From Desulfatiglandales bacterium (lineage in GTDB: Bacteria; Desulfobacterota; DSM-4660; Desulfatiglandales; HGW-15), in contig CAXXJJ010000004.1 in assembly GCA_963667015.2 (NCBI GenBank), positions 4,032,001 to 4,096,000 of the forward strand: DNA of 64,000 nucleotides, written 5' to 3'. The notes beneath the pieces are model-generated. The model ran no database searches. It had not been told where the DNA came from and was given only the letters and a program-made list of their open reading frames with translations. The position numbers and the translations under genes were made by a program. The number at the start of each line of letters is the position of its first letter. Positions within the stretch are counted from its first letter, which is position 1. Of this stretch, positions 39,601 through 49,765 are shown in pieces.

Positions 39601-40804
39601 AAGTGAAGTAAGTCCAGATAATATCACGAAGGCAGATCTGGTCGTAAGCATTCCATCCTATAATGAAGCGGACTCAATAGCCTTTCCCACACAACAGGCA
39701 GGTATTGGCATTAAAAAATATTTTTCCGATAAACAGGCGGTTATTATCAACTGTGACAATAATTCTCCAGACAATACAAAGCAGGCGTTTCTGGAAACCG
39801 AGACAGGTGTTCCAAAGATATATATCTCCACACCCCCGGAAGTTAAGGGCAAGGGTAATAATTTTATTAACCTGTTTAAAAAGGTGATTGAACTTCAGGC
39901 AAAGGCAATAGTCGTTGTTGACGCCGACCTGAAAAGCATCACCCCTGAATGGATCAAACATCTAGGAGAGCCTCTCTTTAATGGCTTTTCATATATTGCT
40001 CCACTTTACATAAGGCATAAATATGACGGCACAATAACCAACGGGATTGCATATCCCCTGTCGAGGGCACTCTATGGGAGAAGGGTTCGCCAGCCCATAG
40101 GCGGAGACTTCGGCTTCAGTGGAAAACTTGCAAAGGCTTATCTTGAAAGTGATGTATGGGATGATGCAACCGCAAATTTCGGCATTGATATCTGGATGAC
40201 CACCCTTGCCTTTAATCAGCGTGTACAGGTATGTCAATCTTTTATGGGCCGGCCGAAGATACACAGACCAAAGGATCCGGCAGCATCGCTCGGGCCTATG
40301 TTCAGAGAAGTGGTCGGTACAATCTTTTCTCTTATGAAGAGCTTTGACAGCAGCTGGCTCAAGGTAAAATACAGCAAACCTACGGCCATATACGGATTCG
40401 GGCTTGGAGAAACCGAGGCCCCGCCAAAGGTGGATGTCGATACTGACAAACTGATTAATAATTTTCATGAAGGATTCATACAGTATGATGAAATCTGGAG
40501 GAAGGTGCTTTCCAGAGACGTTTTTATGAAACTGTATGAAATCAAAGAGATGACAAAGGATGTCTTTGCCTTTCCTACAGACCTGTGGGCAAGGGTCCTT
40601 TATGATTGGGCGGTTGCATACAGAGAATCTGATGATACTGATGCATTAATGGACTCTCTTATTCCGCTATACTTTGGAAAGACATTGTCATTTGTTAAAA
40701 AGACAGAAAAAATGACTATTCAGCAGGCTGAAGCAGCCATAGAAGAAGACTGCATGACCTTTGAAACGACCAAACCATACCTGGTGAGGAAATGGAATAA
40801 ATAA
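39593..40804 (+). CDS. GT2 glycosyltransferase, glucosylglycerate/mannosylglycerate synthase-like
   Basis: IPSYNE, GKGN, VDADL, RHKYDGTITN, RQPIGGDFG, FGIDIWMT. Confidence 0.8.
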   Translation: MFESEVSPDNITKADLVVSIPSYNEADSIAFPTQQAGIGIKKYFSDKQAVIINCDNNSPDNTKQAFLETETGVPKIYISTPPEVKGKGNNFINLFKKVIELQAKAIVVVDADLKSITPEWIKHLGEPLFNGFSYIAPLYIRHKYDGTITNGIAYPLSRALYGRRVRQPIGGDFGFSGKLAKAYLESDVWDDATANFGIDIWMTTLAFNQRVQVCQSFMGRPKIHRPKDPAASLGPMFREVVGTIFSLMKSFDSSWLKVKYSKPTAIYGFGLGETEAPPKVDVDTDKLINNFHEGFIQYDEIWRKVLSRDVFMKLYEIKEMTKDVFAFPTDLWARVLYDWAVAYRESDDTDALMDSLIPLYFGKTLSFVKKTEKMTIQQAEAAIEEDCMTFETTKPYLVRKWNK

Positions 40805-40832
40805 CAGGCGCAAGGAAAAGCCAAAAGCATAT

Positions 40833-40955
40833 TTCTCGCAGAGCCCACAGAGAGCGCAGAGAAAAACAAAAACAATTTATTTTTTAAAAGAGAAACAAAG
40901 CTTTTCTCTGTGGCCTCCGCGGGCTCTAGTGAGCGCAGCGAACGGGCGAGAGAAA
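40833..40955. repeat. REP-like palindromic element between convergent genes
   Basis: AGAGCCCACAGAGAGCGCAGAGAAAA pairs imperfectly with TTTTCTCTGTGGCCTCCGCGGGCTCT. Confidence 0.55.
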
Positions 40956-40960
40956 AATCT

Positions 40961-42322
40961 TTACCTCACTAATATAATCCTCACATCCATCACGTTCGTT
41001 TTTGTCGGACCGGTAACAAGCAGGTCTCCTGTCTGTTTCAGGTAATTGTATGAATCATTATTATTAAAATATTCTGCAGCACTGATTCCGGCGGCCCCTC
41101 CCCTTTTAATGGTAAGGGGGTCAACTATCCCTCCTGCTGCATCGGTAGGGCCGTCGTTACCGTCAGTACCTCCGCTCAGCACAACCACTCTCCCGGGCAT
41201 ATCAGATATGCCCATTGCCGCAACAAGGCAGAACTCCTGGTTTCTTCCTCCCATGCCCTTCCCTTTTATTGTCACGGTGGTCTCTCCCCCTGATATTATG
41301 CAGCATGGTGGAGACAGAGGTCTTCCGGTTTTTACTATTTCTCCTGCTATGGCAGCATGTGCTCCGGCAATATCCTTTGTTTCTCCTTCAATCATTGAGG
41401 ACAAAATCAGGGTTTTATATCCAAGTTTTTGTGCCTCCTTTTCAGCCGCTTCAAGGGCAAGGATATTGCTTCCTATTATCAGGTTGTATACCTTATCAAA
41501 TACAGGATCGCCTTCTTTGGGTGTGTCTTCTATTTTTCCATCCAGTCCGGACTTTAGATGAGCTCGCACCGATTCAGGTATATTATCCAGATTATATTTT
41601 TCTATTATTCCCCAGGCTTCCTTAAAACTGCTCATGTCCGGTACAAAAGGACCGGATGCTATCACATCCATTCTGTCACCAACAACATCCGAAAGCATCA
41701 GGTTGATGGTGGTAGCTGGAAAGGCTGCTCTTGCCATCTGTCCGCCCTTTGTTGATGAAATATGCTTTCTTATACAGTTTATTTCATCAATGCTCGCCCC
41801 GCATTTGAGAAGCTTTTGTGTCATCGCCTGTTTTTCTTCGAGCTTTATATTCCCCGCTGGCTGTGGAAGAAGAGCGGATCCTCCGCCGGAGATAAGAGAA
41901 AAAACAAGATCCTTCTTTCCTGCACTCTCAATAAGTTCGAGGATCTTTTTTGTCCCGGACACACCGTTTGCGTCGGGTAATGGATGGTCGGCCTCTACTG
42001 TTTCTGTGTATGAAAGCTCATCTGTAAAGCCGTATTTTACAACAACCAGTCCCTTTGTAATCCTGTTCCCAAGAAGGTCCTCCATAGCCCTTGCCATAGG
42101 GGCTGTTGCCTTGCCTCCTCCCACGAGGAAGATTTTTTTATAATCATCAATATTTAACATTGCAACCGGTTTTTCCTTTGATCCTATATTAAGGGCGCTG
42201 CCCTCAAGTCGAATGAACCTTTTTACTGCCTCATAGGGGTTGACGGGTTTGAGAGACTCCTTAAAACATTGAATCGCTTCGGACCTCATTTGATCAAGAA
42301 GTTTATCTGATCCGGACACCAT
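40961..42322 (-). CDS. Glycerate 2-kinase (MOFRL/TtuD family)
   Basis: GGGKA, LISGGGSAL, RKHIS..KGG, IASGP, GGETTV, GGRNQE, GTDGNDGPT, TNVMD. Confidence 0.93.
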   Translation of the reverse strand: MVSGSDKLLDQMRSEAIQCFKESLKPVNPYEAVKRFIRLEGSALNIGSKEKPVAMLNIDDYKKIFLVGGGKATAPMARAMEDLLGNRITKGLVVVKYGFTDELSYTETVEADHPLPDANGVSGTKKILELIESAGKKDLVFSLISGGGSALLPQPAGNIKLEEKQAMTQKLLKCGASIDEINCIRKHISSTKGGQMARAAFPATTINLMLSDVVGDRMDVIASGPFVPDMSSFKEAWGIIEKYNLDNIPESVRAHLKSGLDGKIEDTPKEGDPVFDKVYNLIIGSNILALEAAEKEAQKLGYKTLILSSMIEGETKDIAGAHAAIAGEIVKTGRPLSPPCCIISGGETTVTIKGKGMGGRNQEFCLVAAMGISDMPGRVVVLSGGTDGNDGPTDAAGGIVDPLTIKRGGAAGISAAEYFNNNDSYNYLKQTGDLLVTGPTKTNVMDVRIILVR

Positions 42323-42656
42323 AAATGCCTCCTTTCAAATGGGATTCTGATTACTGAAAAATGGGGGGCGTAACTTAATCCTTGACAATATATCAGGATT
42401 TCCATAGTTATTCTTCCAATCATAATGGGATATTTTTATTAAATCAACTGATTCAAGGGATTTATATTACCCAATATGATTCCGACTCACCAGAGCCGCC
42501 GTATCAAATTTTTTCATAAAAAGACCATCTTTTTTATACAGAATATCTTTTAGTTTATTTTTGTATGAGTAACTGACAGTTTTTAATAATCTTAGATTGT
42601 TTTTAAAGCGGTTATGAATCAATGGTTACCGGTTTTAAAAATATGGGAGGATAATT

Positions 42657-43235
42657 ATGGGTGATTATTTTTCTCAGTATAATGGTGTAGAAATATTTTT
42701 CCTTATTTGTGCTGTTGTCGGCGGCATTTTTGTAATCATAAAATTTATTATGCAGCTTATAGGTCTTGACCACGACGGCGCTAATTTCGATCTGGATGGT
42801 CATGATATTGATCTCGATCATGCTGATTCGGATGCAGGTTTTCATGCCCTTTCTCTTCTAGGAATTTCATCCTTTTTACTGATGTTCGGGCTTGTTGGGC
42901 TGGCGATGTATCGGCAGAGCCACCTGGGGATGATTATATCGTTATTGGGCGCAATACTGGTAGGTTGTGCTTCAGTATGGTTTATCGGAAAGATGTTTAT
43001 ACTTATGAGTAAGATGAAGTCGAGTGGAACCATTACAATCGACAGCACGGTTGGTGCGCAGGGAAAGGTCTACATGAGAATACCGGATAAGGGTACAGGA
43101 AGAATTCTTATTAACGTTAAAAACAGTCTCAGAGAATATGATGCCACTTCAAATGACAGTAAGGCCATTGATACCGGGACGCCTGTAAGGGTTATATGGG
43201 TGGATGGCAACCTGCTTGTAGTGGAAAGAATATAA
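42657..43235 (+). CDS. NfeD-like membrane protein
   Basis: Three TM segments plus OB-fold-like C-terminus (GKVYMRIP...G); directly upstream of flotillin. Confidence 0.8.
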   Translation: MGDYFSQYNGVEIFFLICAVVGGIFVIIKFIMQLIGLDHDGANFDLDGHDIDLDHADSDAGFHALSLLGISSFLLMFGLVGLAMYRQSHLGMIISLLGAILVGCASVWFIGKMFILMSKMKSSGTITIDSTVGAQGKVYMRIPDKGTGRILINVKNSLREYDATSNDSKAIDTGTPVRVIWVDGNLLVVERI

Positions 43236-43260
43236 TCATTTAAAGGGAAGGAGAGTTACA

Positions 43261-44811
43261 ATGGAAGGATATTGGTTAGCTGCTATTATTGCTTTATCGA
43301 TTATTGTTTTTATGTTGCTTATGTTTCTGGCATCGCGCTACAAAAGATGCCCCTCTGATAAAATTCTTGTTATATTCGGAAAGGTTGGAAAAGATCAGTC
43401 AGCAGAATGTATCCATGGAGGCGGAACCCTTGTTATTCCACTCATACAGGACTATGCATACATGGACCTTACCCCCATGACAATTAACATTCCTCTGCAG
43501 AATGCCCTCTCCTTTCAGAATATTCGAATCAATGTACCAAGTACATTTACCGTTGGTGTGAGCACCGAACCGGGAATCATGAACAATGCCGCTGAAAGGC
43601 TTTTAAATCTTCCTCCTGAGGATATAGAGGAGATGGCAAAGGAGATCATTTTCGGCCAGCTCAGGCTTACTGTCGCCTCTCTTACAATTGAACAGATCAA
43701 CCAGGACAGAGAAAAATTTCTTGAAGAGATCAGGACAAATGTCGCACCTGAATTAAATAAGATAGGTCTTTATCTGATTAATGTTAACATTACCGATATC
43801 ACCGATGAGTCTACCTATATCGAAAGCATTGGTAAAAAAGCCGCATCAGAGGCAATCAACCAGGCAAAGATCGATGTAGCTGAACAGGATAAACACGGTG
43901 AAATTGGACAGGCGGTGGCAACCAAGGAGAGGGAAATAAAGGTTGCTGAAAATATTGCCGAGGCTGAAAAAGGCAAGAAAAAGGCTGATGCTGAACGAAG
44001 AGTGTATGTACAGCAGCAGGAAACCTCCGCGACAATCGGTGAAGCAGAAGCAAACAGGGAAAAAGAAATAAGGGTTGCTGAAAATGTTGCCGAGTCGGAG
44101 AAGGGAAAGAAAAAGGCCGAGGCAGAAAGACGTGTGTATGTACAGCAGCAGGAGGCCTCTGCTGTAGCAGGCGAAAATACTGCAAAGGCCGATATTGCAG
44201 AGTCAGAAGCAGAGCTTGCCATAAAAAAGGCGGACGCCTTTAAACGTGGTGAAGTTGCAAAACGTGCGGCTGCAGAAGAGATACAAAAGGCCCAGTACAA
44301 GGCCGAGGCAGAAAGGCTCAATGCTGAAGAGGTCGTTCAGAAGGAAATAGAAAAGCGTAAGATCGAGATAGCTGCCGAGGCCGAGGCAGAAAAAACAAGG
44401 CGTGAAGCAAAGGGGCAGGCCGATGCAACACTGCTCAAATATGAAGCAGAGGCAAAGGGTATCAAACAGGTGCTGGAAAGCAAGGCAGAAGGTTATGCAG
44501 AGCTTGTTAAGAGCTGTGACGGTGATGCCAAATCCGCGGCAACCCTGCTGATGATAGAAAAACTGGAAGACCTTGTAACAATGCAGGTTGAGGCAATCAA
44601 GAACCTCAAAATTGACAAGATCACGGTATGGGATTCCGGAGCAAACGGAAAAGATGGGAATACGACATCAAATTTCCTGTCAGGAATGGTTAAAAGTCTG
44701 CCCCCGCTTCATGATGTTGCAGAAATGGCAGGCCTTGACCTTCCAAAGTTCCTTGGTGACATGAAAAAAATAGAGAGAGTGGAAAAGCAGGAAAAGATAG
44801 TTGAAGAATAA
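43261..44811 (+). CDS. Flotillin-like SPFH-domain protein
   Basis: N-terminal TM, RYKRCPSD, SPFH domain, EA-rich coiled coil, IDKITVWD. Confidence 0.92.
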   Translation: MEGYWLAAIIALSIIVFMLLMFLASRYKRCPSDKILVIFGKVGKDQSAECIHGGGTLVIPLIQDYAYMDLTPMTINIPLQNALSFQNIRINVPSTFTVGVSTEPGIMNNAAERLLNLPPEDIEEMAKEIIFGQLRLTVASLTIEQINQDREKFLEEIRTNVAPELNKIGLYLINVNITDITDESTYIESIGKKAASEAINQAKIDVAEQDKHGEIGQAVATKEREIKVAENIAEAEKGKKKADAERRVYVQQQETSATIGEAEANREKEIRVAENVAESEKGKKKAEAERRVYVQQQEASAVAGENTAKADIAESEAELAIKKADAFKRGEVAKRAAAEEIQKAQYKAEAERLNAEEVVQKEIEKRKIEIAAEAEAEKTRREAKGQADATLLKYEAEAKGIKQVLESKAEGYAELVKSCDGDAKSAATLLMIEKLEDLVTMQVEAIKNLKIDKITVWDSGANGKDGNTTSNFLSGMVKSLPPLHDVAEMAGLDLPKFLGDMKKIERVEKQEKIVEE

Positions 44812-44890
44812 TAGAATCACCGCTGTATGCATATAGTATAGCCGTTAAACCTGTTTATGATCCGGAATAATTTCTAAGTCTGTATCGTTC

Positions 44891-44920
44891 CTGGGGGCAC
44901 AGCGCACCGTGCCCCTTCAG
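44891..44920. repeat. Isolated REP-like hairpin GGGGCACAG..CCGTGCCCC
   Basis: Short GC-rich palindrome in an intergenic region. Confidence 0.4.
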
Positions 44921-45063
44921 GTGTTCAGGATCAATGAATAATATCCATGTTCCGGCATATAAGGTCAAAAAATAACTTAAGAAATGGTCTCCTGTTTTCT
45001 CCTTGACAGAAACATGCCCTTTCCATATATTTCCCCTCAACATTTTGAAATAAAGGAAAAATT

Positions 45064-45627
45064 ATGTACAACGCAAGTGACCTAAGAAAAGGTTTAAAGA
45101 TTCAGATAGACGGTGACCCCTATATTATCACCGATTTTACATTTTCCAAACCAGGGAAGGGGCAGGCCCTTTATAAATGTAAGCTTAAGAATATGATTAA
45201 CGGCTCAGGGTTTGAGCGCACCTACAGGTCCGGTGATTCATTTGAACCTGCCAACCTGGATGAACGCAATATGCAGTATCTCTATAATCAGGAAAATGAA
45301 TACTTTTTTATGGATCTTGCTAATTATGAGCAGGTTACACTAAATGAAGAGCAGGTTGGGGATGTTAAAAATTATTTAATAGACAACCTTGAAGTTGCGA
45401 TACTCTTATTTGGCGTCACACCGATCGGTATTACCCCGCCTAATTTTGTAAATCTGGTTGTTACCCAGGCAGATCCATGGGTAAAAGGCGATACCTCATC
45501 AGGCGACAGCAAACCCGTAACCCTTGAAACGGGCTATGTGCTCAGGGTTCCCCCCTTTGTTGAAGAGGGCACTAAGATACAGGTGGACACCCGCACAGGT
45601 GAATATGTAACAAGGGTAAAGGAATAA
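45064..45627 (+). CDS. efp: Elongation factor P
   Basis: KPGKGQA, KGDT, LETG, VDTRTGEYV. Confidence 0.97.
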   Translation: MYNASDLRKGLKIQIDGDPYIITDFTFSKPGKGQALYKCKLKNMINGSGFERTYRSGDSFEPANLDERNMQYLYNQENEYFFMDLANYEQVTLNEEQVGDVKNYLIDNLEVAILLFGVTPIGITPPNFVNLVVTQADPWVKGDTSSGDSKPVTLETGYVLRVPPFVEEGTKIQVDTRTGEYVTRVKE

Positions 45628-45635
45628 CCTTACAA

Positions 45636-46538
45636 TTGTATAACCGATCCCGCCTTTTTTTACGTGCACAGATAATACAATCCATAAGAAGTTTTTTTAT
45701 AAGCAGGGGTTATCTTGAAGTAGAGACCCCTGTTATTATTCCTGCTCCTGCCCCGGAAGCCAATATAGATGCAATAAAAACAGAAGGAGGATTTTTACAG
45801 ACCTCTCCCGAATTGTGCATGAAAAGGCTCCTGTCTGCTGGTTATGAAAAGATATTTCAGATTTGTAAATGTTTCAGGAACGCGGAAAGAGGCCATCTTC
45901 ACCTGCCCGAGTTTACCATGCTCGAGTGGTACCGGGCCGGGGCGGATTATTTATATCTTATGGATGAATGCCGGAGCATGATAAAATATGTTTTGGATGA
46001 ACTCGGCATGAGTGCCATAATAGAATATCAGGGCTGCTCTATTAATCTTTCAGGCGAATGGGAAAGGATAACAGTAAATGACGCCTTTAAAAAATGCACG
46101 GGCACGACTCCTGAAAAGGCCATTGAATCAGGAGATTATGATGAAATAATGGTGTCTGAGATCGAACCCTCGTTAAATAATGGAAGGCCTGTTTTTTTGT
46201 ATAACTATCCTGCATCACAGGCAGCGCTTGCAAAGGTAAGTGAGGATGATCCTCAAATAGCAGAGAGGTTTGAGCTTTACATTGGAGGACTTGAGCTGGC
46301 AAATGCCTTTTCCGAACTGACCGATGCCGACGAGCAGGAAAAACGGTTTGTGGAAGAATCTGAAAACAGAAAAAATGCAGGCAAAACTCAATATCCCTTC
46401 CCCGAAAAGTTTATAAACGACCTTGAGCATATGCCCGCATCTGCAGGAATCGCATTTGGCATAGACAGGCTTATAATGCTTCTCACCAACAGTGCTGCTA
46501 TTGATGACGCAGTCACATTTACTCCGGAAAAACTGTAA
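45636..46538 (+). CDS. epmA: EF-P lysine aminoacylase
   Basis: LQTSPELCMKRLL, FRNAE, HLPEFTMLEWY, ERFELY, GIDRL; no anticodon-binding domain; follows efp. Confidence 0.93.
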   Translation: MYNRSRLFLRAQIIQSIRSFFISRGYLEVETPVIIPAPAPEANIDAIKTEGGFLQTSPELCMKRLLSAGYEKIFQICKCFRNAERGHLHLPEFTMLEWYRAGADYLYLMDECRSMIKYVLDELGMSAIIEYQGCSINLSGEWERITVNDAFKKCTGTTPEKAIESGDYDEIMVSEIEPSLNNGRPVFLYNYPASQAALAKVSEDDPQIAERFELYIGGLELANAFSELTDADEQEKRFVEESENRKNAGKTQYPFPEKFINDLEHMPASAGIAFGIDRLIMLLTNSAAIDDAVTFTPEKL

Positions 46539-46702
46539 GTTTTTATTTTCCCCTGCACGACTCAACGCTTACCATGGACATAGTATCCGATTGTTATTAT
46601 TTAGTTTAATATTGTGGGGACAAAATACTCACATAGCTGTGGCCTAAAAGAGTCAAAATACATATCTTATTGAATTAACAGTTAAAAATCTAAACGATCC
46701 TT

Positions 46703-46719
46703 TTGGCATGATTTTCGCT
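46703..46719 (+). promoter_or_regulatory. Sigma54 (-24/-12) promoter candidate
   Basis: TTGGCATGATTTTCGCT: GG(46705)-N10-GC(46717). Confidence 0.55.
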
Positions 46720-46756
46720 CTTTACTAAGATAACAAACAGGAAAGGAGAAAAAATC

Positions 46757-46879
46757 ATGGAAGCTATAAAAAGGTCTCATCATATTTTTTTTGAAGTATT
46801 ATATATTCTTACAGACAGGTTTCCCGGACTTTTTGCATTATTGTTTACACTTGCGATTATTGCCGGGCTTATCAGGTAA
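46757..46879 (+). CDS. Small 40-aa membrane peptide (below the ORF-track cutoff)
   Basis: SD AAGGAG; MEAIKRSHHIFFEVLYILTDRFPGLFALLFTLAIIAGLIR, with a hydrophobic C-terminus. Confidence 0.55.
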   Translation: MEAIKRSHHIFFEVLYILTDRFPGLFALLFTLAIIAGLIR

Positions 46880-47327
46880 TGCTCAGCAGAATGCAGGCAG
46901 GACAGGATAGGGTGGTCTGCTTCCGGTCATTGGAAACGATTTATTTAGACAATTAATTGTTAAAATGTCGTGTAAAAGCAGGCCATCAAAGTCCTATGCC
47001 ATAGGTGCCGATATTTGTATCAGTAGTTTGATGTCAGTCATATTTATCAGCCAGGGGTGCATGTGCTGGTCACACACACAGACCGTTCATTATCAGCGAA
47101 TCGGAGGGGGGAGGATTTACCAATTCATTGATTTCCAAAGCCGGATCTTTACGGCCTGTGCGTGTAATGCATAGTAAAAATTGCATATCAACCAGGTAAG
47201 AAAACTATTCAAAAGACAAATATAATAATATTCGCATTTTGAATAGTTTATTAATATTTATAAAATAATAAAATGTAAACTGCAGAAAACAGACAATAAA
47301 ACTACAATAAAATATTGTACCAATGCG

Positions 47328-49013
47328 TTAAGGTTTTTGAAGGGACAGAAGATAGGTTCTCAGGTTGGATTTTTTATCCAATCCCAGCTTTTTCCGGAGG
47401 TTAGCCCTGTGGGCTACAATCGTCCTTTCGGTAGTATTAAGGATATCTGCAATCTCTTTTGAGGTCCTGCCGTCTTTCACAAAATTGCCTACCTGTAATT
47501 CTCTGGGGGTAATATGCATATATCTGGAGGTCAGCCTCTGTGCAAAGGGCGAAACAATCTCCTGAAGACCTGATTCAACAAGTCCTATATAATTTCTCTG
47601 ACTCTCGCTCAAGGGACCGTTTTTCAATTTGTTAACATAGGGAATTAAAAGTTCCTTTACATTGAGAAGTATTTTTTCGCTGTTTTCCTCTTTATCAATT
47701 TCTCTTCTTTCAAGGAGGATTTTAAGGGCTGTATTGAGTTCTTCCAGGCTTTTTGTTTTATCCTGCAAATCTTCATTGACCTTTTGTAACTCCTGAGTAC
47801 GCTCTCCTACACGCTGCTCCAAAACATCATGGGCCCTTTTGAGTTCCTCTTCCATTTTTCTTCGCATGGTGATATCTCGTGCAATGCTGGTAACATCAAC
47901 CAGGTTTCCATGAGAATCATAGTGAAAATTGCTGGTCCACAGTAAATGGCGAATTTCTCCGGTTACACTCACCTGTCTGTTTTCAAAGGTCAGGCCTGTA
48001 GCATTTTTTTCAACGGATTCATCTACAAGCCTTCGGGTACGATCCTTATCATCAGGATGGATACATTTTGAAATATGCATACCAATGATGTCCTCCTGAG
48101 GCAGGCCAAAAATTTTGTTTGCCATATAGTTTGCAAAAGTTATTTTTCCGCTATGGTCAACCTGTATTATCAAGTCATCCGTGCCTTCAACTATTTCCTT
48201 GTACTTTTCCTCACTCTTTTTGAGTTCCTCCTCCGCCTGATCCTTCTCTGTGATACTTTCAAAAATACAGGCGAACTGTCTTTCTTCTGGTTGATAGGCT
48301 GTAATCACAAAGTGATGTCCCGTGTATTTGCTGACAAAATCAAAGGAAACAGGTTCTCCGGTAATGGCAACCCTTCCATAGGTCTCAATTAAAAAGGGAT
48401 CTGTATCGGGAAATATTTCCAGCGCTGTTTTACCTATTAAAACATCAGCCTTGAACCCTGTTATACTTTCAAAGGCAGGATTTACATCTAAAAAGCGGTA
48501 GTCAACCGGTTTCCCGTTTTCATCGCAGATAATTTCATGAAGTGCACATCCGTTAAGCATTTTTTCAAACAGGGCATGGTATTTGTATTCACTCTCGCGC
48601 AGGGCCTTCTCGGTTTGCCTGCTTGTTGTGATATCCCTGTAAATATGAACCGCACCATCATAATGGCCGTTACTTTCCAGGATTGGGTCAACTATTACCT
48701 GAAGCCATCCATCGTTGTGATTGAGTTCCATATTTTCCCTGGCATGACTTTTTTCAGATCTCAGGCATGGACAACCCTTAATCCTGTCATTATTGCATTT
48801 AACAACCTCCCAGCAGGATTTGCCGATCATTTCAGCAACCGGCAGTTGAAAGAGCACTTCTGATGTTCTATTGGCCTGCACAACGCACTGCTTAGAGTCT
48901 AAAATCAGGATAGCATCATTGATCGTATTAAATGCCGCAGACCACACATTTGCTTTTGATGTTAGTTCATCGTCAGGAACGCTGTTTTTAGTTTTTGTGT
49001 TTCCCTGTTCCAT
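47328..49013 (-). CDS. Triple-PAS sensor with LuxR-type HTH regulator
   Basis: Three PAS/PAC repeats, coiled coil, ITPRELQV...TSKEIA...HRANLRKKLG. Confidence 0.9.
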   Translation of the reverse strand: MEQGNTKTKNSVPDDELTSKANVWSAAFNTINDAILILDSKQCVVQANRTSEVLFQLPVAEMIGKSCWEVVKCNNDRIKGCPCLRSEKSHARENMELNHNDGWLQVIVDPILESNGHYDGAVHIYRDITTSRQTEKALRESEYKYHALFEKMLNGCALHEIICDENGKPVDYRFLDVNPAFESITGFKADVLIGKTALEIFPDTDPFLIETYGRVAITGEPVSFDFVSKYTGHHFVITAYQPEERQFACIFESITEKDQAEEELKKSEEKYKEIVEGTDDLIIQVDHSGKITFANYMANKIFGLPQEDIIGMHISKCIHPDDKDRTRRLVDESVEKNATGLTFENRQVSVTGEIRHLLWTSNFHYDSHGNLVDVTSIARDITMRRKMEEELKRAHDVLEQRVGERTQELQKVNEDLQDKTKSLEELNTALKILLERREIDKEENSEKILLNVKELLIPYVNKLKNGPLSESQRNYIGLVESGLQEIVSPFAQRLTSRYMHITPRELQVGNFVKDGRTSKEIADILNTTERTIVAHRANLRKKLGLDKKSNLRTYLLSLQKP

Positions 49014-49160
49014 TATTTTTATTGAGCGTTTCCAGTATTTGATAAGTGTTGAGAGGTCATCTGCTTCCACTGAGGGGTAAATACACTAATCAGAAAAGAC
49101 CATATGTTTTTCGCATTATTATTAATGGGTAAAATGATGTCAATAAATTTTGAATAGGAA

Positions 49161-49420
49161 TTAAGACTACAGCAATAATCGGTTACGGTACATATCTTCA
49201 ACTGGAATTTTGATTTTGCAGGAACCTCAAAACTGTCTCCGCCTTTTACAGATTTCCAGCCGCTGTCAGGTAAAAGTATCTCCATTTCTCCGGACAGGAT
49301 TTCCATGATCTCTTTATCTTCCGTGCCAAATTCATATTCACCAGGAAGCATTATCCCAAGTGTTTTCTTTGTACCGTCATTAAATAAAACAGAACGGCCT
49401 TCCATCAAAGTAGATATCGA
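49161..49420 (-). pseudogene. ppnP: Degraded pyrimidine/purine nucleoside phosphorylase (DUF1255)
   Basis: [25 protein letters not shown]...DYCCS present; the upstream IYFDG lies in another frame; no clean N-terminus. Confidence 0.65.
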
Positions 49421-49765
49421 TTCTTGTACAGAGATTTTTTCCAGGTATCAGTCTGGTGTCGACCCGGCGACTCTGTCCTTCAGTAACTTACATACACTGG
49501 TAGATGGTACGCTTTGTGCAAAAATATCCATGATGTATTTTATAGGAAGATAAATATTTTTTAAAAGGTTGTTTAGTTTCATGTTTAGTCTGGTTTTTCA
49601 GAGGTTTTGAAATTACTTGCGGATATGTGCCGAAAAAAGGGAGAAACAGGCCTGGATTGCATGAAAGAGAGGTGATGGAATATTAAAAATATTTTAATCT
49701 GGGTAAAAAGCTTCTGCCAAATCGATAATTAACCATTTGACGAAGTAATATTCTGAGGGAGGGAT

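Noticed and set aside
49019..49408. 129-aa ORF as an intact ppnP
   Set aside because: The N-terminal part is missing or frameshifted, and the C-terminus runs on into unrelated sequence.
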